This document shows, one piece after another, positions 46,935-56,269 of a DNA stretch of 64,000 nucleotides (position 1 is the first letter of the stretch; each line of letters opens with the position of its first letter). Made by a program: the position numbers and the translations under genes. Where the stretch lies: NCBI GenBank assembly GCA_025558095.1, contig JAIVFI010000026.1, positions 496,001-560,000 on the forward strand, given 5' to 3'. The stretch comes from Hyaloraphidium curvatum SAG 235-1 (Eukaryota > Fungi > Monoblepharomycota). The notes below the pieces were generated by a model. The model saw only the letters and a list, made by a program, of their open reading frames with translations, was not told the DNA's origin and did no database searches.

Positions 46935-48732
46935 ATGCCGGCCGCCGCTCCCCTCCCCCGCGCCGCGTGCGCCGAGGTCTGCTGCCCCGACACGGTGTGT
47001 TGCGACGACCCGAGCTGCGCCCCGAAGGATCCGCGCGGGCACCGCCGCGGCGATACCCGCGCCGGCCGCAAGGGTGCCGCGCGGGCGGCCAGACCCCGCA
47101 GGGCCGCCGTGCACAAGTCCCTCCTGGCCCTGTGCCTGTGCGTCGGCGTGGCCGCGTGCGCCCTGCGCGCCCTGCCCGGGGCGCACGCCCACGGCTCGCA
47201 CGGTGCCCTCAGGCCCGGTTTTGTGACATGCGACACCCGCGAGGACGGCACGGAGCACTGCGAGGAGGACAAGCAGGCCCTGGAGCTTCACTGCTCCGAA
47301 GTGACCGAGGACGAGTACAACCTCAACCTGCACATCGCCAACGTCTTCATCCAGGTAAATGCACCGCGTGGTGGTCTCCGGTCGTCCCGTGGCATTTGAG
47401 GCCACGTTTGCATTGCTCGTTCTAAAGGGACGTCCCAATCCTCGCCGACCAGATTGCGGTATCATTCTCTGGATGCCTCATCCCAATCCTTTCGAGGCGG
47501 TTTTCGTTCCTCAGGGTGTCCGAGTTTGTGTGGTCGATGTTCAAGCATTTCGGCGCGGGCATCATCTTGGCGACCGGGTTGGTGTTGGGACGGACCAGGG
47601 AGGACCTGTGGCTTACCGATTGCTTCCCTTCGCCCGCCCGCAGCTTCATCCACGTCTTTGCACCGGCCTACGGCAACCTCTCTAGTATCTGCCTCTCCGA
47701 CTTCTGGCTCGAATACGGCTCCTGGGCCGGTGCCTTTGCCATGATCGCCGTCCTCTTCACTCAGCTGATCCAGACCCTAGCCGTTTCGTACCTCAAGGCT
47801 TTCCACCAGCACCAGCACGGTCCTCTCTCAGCGACAGCCGCGGATATGTCCCGGCAGCAAGATGCTTCCATCGCGAAGGAGACCTCGCCCATCGGGGACA
47901 ACTCTAGTGTTATCTTGGAAGCCAACACCGACATGGGCAGGGACTTCACCTCGGGGTGTCACGCCGGTGCCAATCTCAACGCGCAGGGGCCAGACATTGG
48001 AAAGCTAGCAGGCGAACTGGTGGAACTGCAAGAGGCCACGCACACGCACCATCTGCTGCTGGCGCACAGACAGCGGCGCCAGATCACCGTGTACGTGCTC
48101 GAGATCGGGATCGCCACGCACTCGTTTATCATCGGCATGGCGGCGGGGGTTTCGTCGGGGCCGGAGCTAACTGCGCTGGTGATCGCGCTGGCGTTCCACC
48201 AGGTAAGTGTGTGAATGGGTGCCCCGCGTTCCTCGTTGCTCAACTATGTTCGTAGTTCATTGAAGGTATTGCGCTTTCTGCAACCGTGCTGGACGCCGGC
48301 TTCAAGACCAACTGTGCGCGAGTCCCTGTTGCCTCCCTTGCCGTATGCTGACGTTCTACGGCGATCACAGTCCAGCCGATTTTCATGGTCATGTTCTTCA
48401 CCTTGACGACCCCCCTGGGCATCGCCACCGGCATTGCCATCCACTCAGTCTTTGTTCCAAACTCCGAGACGACGCTGCTGACCCTCGGCATCATAGGTGA
48501 AATGCACTTTCCGTTGCTCTGTGTTCGGAAATGCTGGCTGACATGTTCTCGGGGCCATGCAGACGCGATCGCCGCCGGCATCCTAATCTACGACTCGTGC
48601 GTCAATCTTCTCGCGGCCAACATGACCAACTCGGCCTACTTCATGCGGCTGAGCTGGCAGCGCAAGGCGGTCTCATTCCTCGCACTGTGGTCGGCCGCTG
48701 CCATCATGTCGGTCATCGGCATCTGGGCCTGA
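46935..48732 (+). CDS. ZIP-family zinc/iron transporter (Zrt1-like) with Cys/His-rich N-terminal extension
   Basis: Motifs YNLNLHIA, FKHFGAGIILATGFIH, LEIGIATHSFIIG, FHQFIEG, TTPLGIA.G, AGILIY and MSVIGIWA; ~5 introns. Confidence 0.9.
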
Positions 48733-49083
48733 GTGAGGCTCCGCGCAGCGGGGCAGAGCATGTGGGAAGAGGCGGGGGTAAGCCGGGTCGCGGTCCGAGG
48801 GATGCTGTGCGGGCGACCCTGCGCCTAATAGGAGCGATCGCTTAAGCATCCGAGGCGTTCAAGTCTCTGTCCGAGGCGACGTGTCGGATGGCCATCCAAG
48901 GCTGAGCAGGGGAACTTGCAAGTAAGATTGTCGAAGACCATGGTTAGCCGTCCAGACCGTCAGACCGCACTTGAGGGTCGAAATGGCTCGAGACGTTGGA
49001 GAGCAGCAAACTGGAAAGACCTTGCCCCGCACCTCCTTGCTGGGCAGCGAGTGGCCACCTCGTGCGCATCTCTAAGTGACCTA

Positions 49084-50600
49084 TTACATCAAAATGTAGA
49101 CCGCCAAGCTGGCCTTGAAGGCCCCGCCCTGGAACCGCGCCTCTGTGTCAAGCTCCTCCCACGTCCGGCCCGTCCGGACGAAGTCGCCGTTGTGCAAGAG
49201 CCCATCGTGCTGCACGACCTCCTCGACGCCGTCGATCAGGTCCCGGGGCGGGATGCCAACGGGCGTCTCGATGGAGGCCTCAATGTCGAAGCCGAGGATG
49301 TCGCGCTGGAAGGCCGGCTTACGAGGGCCTTGGAAAATATGTCGACGGGTCCGCCCTCGTAGCCGTTCGGGCAGGTGCTCTTGCGCAGCTCGGGAGGGCG
49401 AAGGCTCTGCATGGCGAGACTGACGAGGCCGATCGCACCGTCCGCCGTCCGCTCGGCAAAGGGAACGGCCGAGGCGAAACAGAGCATGGCCTCGGGGGCG
49501 GGGTCGTGGGGCGAGCAGCGGGGGAGGCGGCAATCAGAGCAGCGCTGCCGCATGATGACGTGGGTGATGAGGCTCGCCGACTTGAAGATTTGGAGGAAGC
49601 CGCAGATGAGGCTGGCGAACTTGCCCGCGCCAAAGTTCTTGTCGCCCGACTGGCCTCGTAGCCCGAGTCGAGGGCGTCCTGCGACTTGCGCACTAGACGC
49701 TAAAGCGCCCGACGCCCCGCCTCGGTGATGCAGTGCCAGTAGACGTTGTGGCCTCGACGCGTGAGACGGCGGAAGAGTGCGGGGATGGCGCAGACGACGG
49801 TGTCGGCCGGGCAGCTCAGGTTGACGTTGTTAATCCGCGCGACGGCACTGGAGAGCTCGGAACGGAGCTTGAGAGGGCTCGGCCCGACGTCGAGGGCACG
49901 GTGGGTCCGCGATCGCATGGCCTCGACGGCCTCCTCGAGCTCTGCGTCGTCGTCTGCTTCCGGTGAGGCCCGCCTCAAGCGCGAGGGGCCAGGAACGCTC
50001 TTGGAAGCGCGCAAGGGCGTCGATCTTGGGACCGAGCAGCGAAGGCCTCTCGACGGCCCGTGCCTCGCGGCGGATGGGCACCCGGGTCTGCTGCCTCTTG
50101 CGGGGCGGCGTCCGCGGGGCAGAGGCCGCCGTTGAGGGCGGTGTCGAAGGCGGCAGCGTCGGCGGGGACGGCGACTCATCCACCATAGACCGTCCATCTC
50201 CGTTGTGCAGCAAAAACGCGGCGGCGAGGCTATGGTGGCAGGGTTTGCCACGGCAGGTCCGCTTGAGGCACGCGCGGTCGATGACGAGCGAATCGTGCGG
50301 CTTCTTGTCGGTGCCAATCTCCCTGAAGACATAGAGGCCCTCGGGGGAGAGCTTGACGAGCCCGGCGTAGAAGGTGGCACACGCCTTGCGGAAGCGCTCC
50401 CGTTCGGCAGCAGTCGGTTGGCTACGGAAGGACGCGTGCTCAGCAAGCCACCAGAGGCAGTGATCGAGCCGAAAGAAGTCATGCACCACGCCCATAGTCC
50501 CGTCGCCGAGGATGTTCGCAATCGGGTCGATCTGGGCCTCGGCAAGGTTGTTAGTGTTCATGCCGAAGCGGTCGACGAGGCGCTGGGCAGGAGGCCCAGG
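49084..50600 (-). mobile_element. Degenerate Mutator-like (MULE) transposon remnant
   Basis: TNNLAE motif followed by a degenerate SWIM finger (C..RTCRGKPCHH) and a PHD-like fragment (VVC...VYWHC); frameshifts and stops. Confidence 0.5.
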
Positions 50601-51093
50601 GGGCTCGAGAGGAAGCCGTTCCGGGAGGAAGGTGATGGAGTAGCAGGCTTCCCAGATCCCTCGCAAGCAAGCGTTCGATCCTCGTCGCCCAGCGATGAGC
50701 AGCTCGAACGACAAGCCCGTTGGGGCCAAGTTCGACGGCCCCAACTGCCCTGGGCGCGCACGCTCGGGGCTACCCTCAAGGAGCGCGGCGTCGACGGCTT
50801 CAAGCTCCTGACGCCCCTTTCCCCCGCACACCCGTGCCGCGACCCCGGCGCCTACGTCTTGGACGACCCCGACTTCACGCTCGTGCCCAGCCGCCGGCGG
50901 GAGCAGCATCTCGAGGCCATCGGCCTGCTGCTCACCCCCGACGGAGGTGACCTCATGACGAGCGCTCAACTGATCCAAGTCGCTAGGGCTGCGCCGGTGG
51001 TGCGGGCCGCGATGACCGAGATGGCCTTCTCAGTCCTGTTGAAAGAAGAGTTGTGCGAAGGTTCGGAAGAGCCGGCCACGCGTGCCACGGCAA

Positions 51094-51963
51094 TCAAGCC
51101 AACGGCTCGCGGAACACTTCTGCAAAGGGCAAGTAGTTGTTCGGTCCGTACCCGGCGTGGAAGACGGGAAACACGACGACGTCGAGGTGATCCGCTTTCG
51201 TGAGCTCCTCACGGTAGATTCGCGCCACCTCCTCGGCCGGGTTCATGAAGGCGCCGCAGCCGAACGCCCCCAGGCTGGCGTGGCGGATGCCCTTGGCGCG
51301 GAGCGTGGAGATCTGCGCCCGGATCCTGCGGCGGCACTCGTCCGGATCGAACGCCTTCCCTCCCCGCAGGTCGTCCGCCGCCGAACGGAGCTCGTAGAAC
51401 GAAAAGACGTCGTCGTCGGCGAGCCAAGTGTACCCCAAATCGGCCGCAGCCCTGTCCTCGGGCCCTCGCACGCAGATCCGCGGCTCTGTGTCGAGGTAAA
51501 CCTCCCCGTCCCCGCCGCTGATCAACCAAGTCATCTCCCCCGTGTAGAACCCATTGTCAACCATCTCGGACGCGTCGAGAGCCAAGTGGCAATCTGTGCG
51601 CCGGAAGATGTTCTCTTCTTGAGCAACCATTCCTTCAAGGTATCCCCCGCCTGGGTGGTACGCGTTTGCCATGTTCAGGACCGCGAAGCGCGCGCCGTGC
51701 TCCTTCGTGGCGCGGAGCGCAGCGACGCCCCAGTCTTCCTGCGTCACTTGTACGATGGGAGGGCCCGGCCGAGGAGGATCAGGGCCCCCGCGGGCTCGCG
51801 CCCAGCGCGCCAGGTTGGCCTCAGCAAGGGCGCGGAAGTGGTCGCGTCGGGCGGCCAGGGCGGCGACAGTCTCGCGGAGGACGGCCCGGCGGCGTGCAAA
51901 ATCGGGGCGCGAGTACGGGAAGAGGGAGGGGTCGCCTTCATCGGGGATGGGAGGGCCGGGCAT
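51094..51963 (-). CDS. Microbial-type poly(ADP-ribose) glycohydrolase (DUF2263/TIGR02452 macrodomain)
   Basis: VLNMANAYHPGGGYLEGMVAQEENIFRRT (GGG-X6-8-QEE signature) and LGAFGCGAFMNP; intronless. Confidence 0.9.
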   Translation of the reverse strand: MPGPPIPDEGDPSLFPYSRPDFARRRAVLRETVAALAARRDHFRALAEANLARWARARGGPDPPRPGPPIVQVTQEDWGVAALRATKEHGARFAVLNMANAYHPGGGYLEGMVAQEENIFRRTDCHLALDASEMVDNGFYTGEMTWLISGGDGEVYLDTEPRICVRGPEDRAAADLGYTWLADDDVFSFYELRSAADDLRGGKAFDPDECRRRIRAQISTLRAKGIRHASLGAFGCGAFMNPAEEVARIYREELTKADHLDVVVFPVFHAGYGPNNYLPFAEVFREPLA

Positions 51964-52015
51964 TACAGGCGAGGTGGACGGGCAGCGCACTTCTTCCACA
52001 ACCGAAACCACTGCG

Positions 52016-53428
52016 ATGGACGCCGCCCCTCCCTTGCGCCTCTCTGTCCCGGAACAATGCTCCCTTTTTCCGGCCGAAGCGGACGGCCAGGGCGCGGTTG
52101 CGCCGAAGGACGACGGCGAAGGCGGCGGAAGAGACGCCAACCTCGACACGGCCGCCCTCATTGCGGGCCTCGAACAGGACCCGTTCCTGCGGTTCACCGC
52201 CCGGGTGCACCTTGCGCTGGCCGTCTACGCGCGGTGGAGTGGGGTGGTGCTGGCCACCTGCGGGGGGCTCGATACCATCTCCACCGTCGCAGTCTGGTCC
52301 TTCAACGGGATCACCTGCACGTTCAGCACCCGCCATATGGCCGCCTACACTGTCGCCGTCGCGCTGTGGGCTGCTAGCCTTATTGTGCAAGGTGCTTTGG
52401 CCAGACTGGCCACAATAAGCTCCTTCGTTGGGGAACCACAGGCCTCCGCCCACCCGTTGGCGGTGCTCGTGCGGTGGAGGCACCTGGTCGCGGACGGCTC
52501 AGCCCTCGTCGCGCATGTGCCCGGTGACAAAGGCTGCGCGTGTCCCCGGGCGGAGTGCGCTGGCTCCCTGCCGAAGCAGGCGGCGTTCTTGCGGGCACTG
52601 GCCCCGATTGTTCCCTTGGCATTGAACATCCTTGGGTCGCTGTTCCTTTTCTGGACTCTGGCAGTCACCTTTGCACCCCTCCTGTGGGGTAGCGCGGCGT
52701 GGACCGCCTACTTCGTGGCTTGCCTCTCCTTCATAATCATCATTCATAACGTCCCCATGCACATAATCTTGGTCTGCAACACCCCCAGCACGGCGCTGCT
52801 CCGACTTCAGGGTCGTCTCCGCCACAGGGCTGTCTCGCTCGCCCTCGGGGGCGCCATCTCCCGACTCGAGGGCTGCGTGGCGGACGGATCCACGCTGGTC
52901 GTTCCGGCCGACGAACCCTACGTCTCTCTGCATTTTGCGCTCGCCAAGGCCTGGCCCTCGGAGCTTGCACACATGTCGGCTGGCCGAGCAGGAGTGATCG
53001 CTCATCTTTGCGTCCTGGCCGTGGTTGGGGTGATCACGGCGTCCGCCTCGTCCTGCATTCCCCTCTGGATCTTGTTCGTGATGCTCCTCATCCTTGCAGT
53101 TTTCGTGCAGGAAATGTTCAGCATCGCGGCCGCCAACGCCGAGATCGACCGCATCGCCGCGCTGTACCGCTCCTCCCGCGCCCGCATCCTCGTCGCCATC
53201 GCGCGACACCCGCCTCCCGCCGTCGAACGCGCGCTTCGGAACCACGCAGCGCTGCTGGAAGTCTTCGAACGCACCGAGGAGATGCAGGGTGCCTTCCTGG
53301 GTTTCAGGGTGCGGTACTCGGTCGTCCGCGGCTTCCTCGCAACGATGCTGACGATCGCGGTGGGCTTGTGGTCGCTGCTGCGCGGCGCCGGAGTGAGCTT
53401 TACGGCGGAGACGGTGTGCCCTGGATAA
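52016..53428 (+). CDS. 7TM membrane protein, family member 3 (putative 7TMIC/GR-like)
   Basis: 470-aa intronless ORF with seven hydrophobic segments; motifs HPLAVLVRW, HVPGDKGCACPRAEC, DEPYVSLH, SSCIPLW, ANAEI and GAFLGFRV....VRGFLATMLTIAVGLWSLLRG. Confidence 0.85.
   Translation: MDAAPPLRLSVPEQCSLFPAEADGQGAVAPKDDGEGGGRDANLDTAALIAGLEQDPFLRFTARVHLALAVYARWSGVVLATCGGLDTISTVAVWSFNGITCTFSTRHMAAYTVAVALWAASLIVQGALARLATISSFVGEPQASAHPLAVLVRWRHLVADGSALVAHVPGDKGCACPRAECAGSLPKQAAFLRALAPIVPLALNILGSLFLFWTLAVTFAPLLWGSAAWTAYFVACLSFIIIIHNVPMHIILVCNTPSTALLRLQGRLRHRAVSLALGGAISRLEGCVADGSTLVVPADEPYVSLHFALAKAWPSELAHMSAGRAGVIAHLCVLAVVGVITASASSCIPLWILFVMLLILAVFVQEMFSIAAANAEIDRIAALYRSSRARILVAIARHPPPAVERALRNHAALLEVFERTEEMQGAFLGFRVRYSVVRGFLATMLTIAVGLWSLLRGAGVSFTAETVCPG
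53105..53403 (+). repeat. Left arm of a 299-bp inverted repeat (pairs with 54819-55117)
   Basis: Equal lengths, and translations in multiple frames are identical between the arms. Confidence 0.9.
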
Positions 53429-53545
53429 ACATTTAGTCGTAGTCGTGCAAGTATGTTGGCCGGTTCGAACGATTCGAGTGTTCGATGGGGCTTCAGAGTT
53501 TCGGGCCGAGGGCAGGGGACCGCCGACTCCATCCACCGCACCACC

Positions 53546-53641
53546 ATGGCCTCCCCGGCCGAACAAACCCTTTTCCTGCTGGCCGACGATATCAACAAAG
53601 GTGCCAAGCCCCTCTTGCGCGGCCCCGGTTGCGGGGCCTGA
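53546..53641 (+). pseudogene. N-terminal fragment of another 7TM-family paralogue
   Basis: MASPAEQTLFL resembles the paralogue N-termini (LSPAERLALFP; VPEQCSLFP; AERHALFL); stops after 31 codons. Confidence 0.35.
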
Positions 53642-54793
53642 CCTGCCGTGGCGCTGGCTGCCCGCCGCACCACGTCCCGGCGGCTGTGCCAGGCAACCTC
53701 CAGCAAGCCCTCTCCCGCTCCGTGGACGGCGACGGGATCAACGCCAAGGGGACGGGACTGAGCTCCATGTTCAGGCAAGAGGAGTACAGCGGTGCGGACT
53801 GCACGCGCGTTGGCCACGTCAGCGCGATGGCGCGTGCTGACAAGGCAATGCTGCGACGTGCACCGCACAGGGCGGACGGACGTCGAATCCTTCCTTCAAG
53901 GTCCATCTCTCCCATCTGTTTCGCCGTGCCGACCTCACGGAGCCCCCCGGCCCAGGCCTGATCAACCAGCAGGCTTCGATCGCCGCGGACCCCACCACCA
54001 TCCGCCGCGACGGCGACACCTTCCGCGCTCAGGTGACCGTGCAGCAGGACTTCACCCGCCGGTCCGATTCGTTGCTTCTGGACGGGCAGAGGGGGGCCCT
54101 GGAGGCGGGTGGACCGGCGCGGGGTGGTGATTGCTGTTGATTGAGCGGATTCCTTGACGTGCAGGTAAAGATGGAAGGGGATAAGATCAGGAGCATCGCA
54201 TACGTGCCGGACGAGGAGACCAAGCCGATGCTGCACGGTGGGTTGGGCCAGCCGATCGGTGGGAACGGTTGAAGGCACCACTCACCTAATAGATGCGCAC
54301 ATCTTGACGCACAGTAATCAGGTCACGAATCCAGGAGACGAACAAGCAGCTTCGGCAGTCGATCGAGGATTTCGAAGCGGGGAAGAAGGGGGAGGTGCCT
54401 GGTTCTGGCTGAGGCGTGTCTAAGCGGAACAGGGATACTTCGTCTATTGAATGACAAGCCCACCAAGGACGTCATCCACGGCGTCCTTAGCTTCTGTTTC
54501 CACGTCCACGGCTGTCCAGTTTCTCCTTCGCCGCTGCTCGTCCGGGTCTCAACCAGCGGGGCGACACGTCTCAAAATCCTGCCCTCTGCCTGGCTGGTCG
54601 CCCGCCGGCTTCACGGTCTGACAGACTTTGGCTCTTGGCTCGGCATCCCGCGGCGGACTAGGGCGCAGAGATCCGGAGAACGGCATTCGAGTACCGGTGC
54701 CCCGCGCCGGCATTTTGCGGCTATCCGTGCCTAGACGATGGGATCTCCGTTATCGCACAGTCCATCAACGAGGCCAGAGACCACAGTGGACAT

Positions 54794-56097
54794 CTATTCT
54801 GGCTGCTGCGTCTCAGCAGTAAAGCTCACTCCGGCGCCGCGCAGCAGCGACCACAAGCCCACCGCGATCGTCAGCATCGTTGCGAGGAAGCCGCGGACGA
54901 CCGAGTACCGCACCCTGAAACCCAGGAAGGCACCCTGCATCTCCTCGGTGCGTTCGAAGACTTCCAGCAGCGCTGCGTGGTTCCGAAGCGCGCGTTCGAC
55001 GGCGGGAGGCGGGTGTCGCGCGATGGCGACGAGGATGCGGGCGCGGGAGGAGCGGTACAGCGCGGCGATGCGGTCGATCTCGGCGTTGGCGGCCGCGATG
55101 CTGAACATTTCCTGCACCAGGATGGCGAGGATGCACAGGCAGAGGAACACGATCCACAGGGGAACGCACGAGGAGGCGGAGGCAGCGATCACACTGTTCA
55201 GGACGAACACGCACAGGATGACGACCAGACTTGCGCGGCCGGCCGACATGTACGTCAGCTCTGAGGCCCATGCGCTGGCCAGGGAGAAATGCAGCGGGAC
55301 GTAGGACTCATCCGCGGGCAGGGCAGGGGCGGATCCGTCCGCCGCGCAGGCCTTGAGCCGCGAGATGGCACCGCCCAACATCAGATCAACGGCCCGGTAG
55401 CGGAGACGACCCTGCAGCCGGAGCAGCACCGTACTGAGAAGGGGAGCGAAAGTGACCGCCAGCGTCCAGAAAAGAAAGAGGAGTGCGAGGACCTCCAACG
55501 CAAAGGGCCCTATCGGAGCGAGTGCGCGCAAGACCCCGCCTGCTGAGGAAGAGACCCGGAGCAGGAGACGAGCGGCCAGGGGCAGAGTTTGTCGTCTGGC
55601 ACGTGTGGAACAAGGGCTGACGAATACGAAATCAGGCGCCGCCAACGCACGAGCACGGCCATTGGGTGGGCATCAGCCTTTGGTTCAGTGACGTTTGCGC
55701 CCATTGTGGCCAGCATGCCGTACAACCCCAAGGCGATGGCGGAGCAAGACCATAGAACGGCGGTGGTCCTTTACGCGGCCATGTGGCGGGTGCTGAAGGT
55801 GCCCATGATTCCGATACCAGACTGCGGCGGTGGGCACGGTCCCGAGCGCCGCGCTGACGGCGAGCCGCGCGCCGTTCCACCGCGCAAAGCCGGCCAGCGC
55901 AAGGTGGATCCGAGTGACGAACCGCAGGAAACCGTCCTGTTCCAGCCCGGCAAGCAGCGCCCGCGAGTCGAAGGGCGCGTCTCCCGCGGCCCCTTCCCCG
56001 TCGTCCTTGGCCGCCTCTGCCACCGTGCCGCTCTCGTCGCCGAGAAAAAGGGCATGCCTTTCGGCCGGAGTAGGCGGAATGGCGGGGAGGCCTCCAT
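54794..56097 (-). pseudogene. 7TM family pseudogene (inverted paralogue of 52016-53428)
   Basis: Collinear homology broken by ~3 frameshifts, an in-frame TAA (RHMAA*) and a ~33-codon deletion removing TM4. Confidence 0.85.
54819..55117 (-). repeat. Right arm of the 299-bp inverted repeat
   Basis: Reverse complement of 53105-53403. Confidence 0.9.
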
Positions 56098-56269
56098 TTT
56101 GCCGGGGAAACAGAACGAGGCGGAACTTTCCGCGTGGAAGGCCATGAACAAGATAGGCTCCCCAGAGCAAGGCTCCTCGATCCCATCCTGATAGACTAGC
56201 CGACTTCCTCGACTCCAACGTAATTGTTGAACCGATAGCATGTTCGATTGCCCCATCCAACTACATCAA

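Noticed and set aside
50205-51203. Plus-strand 332-aa ORF
   Set aside because: Overlaps the MULE relic and the PARG 3' end; no recognisable domain or credible start.
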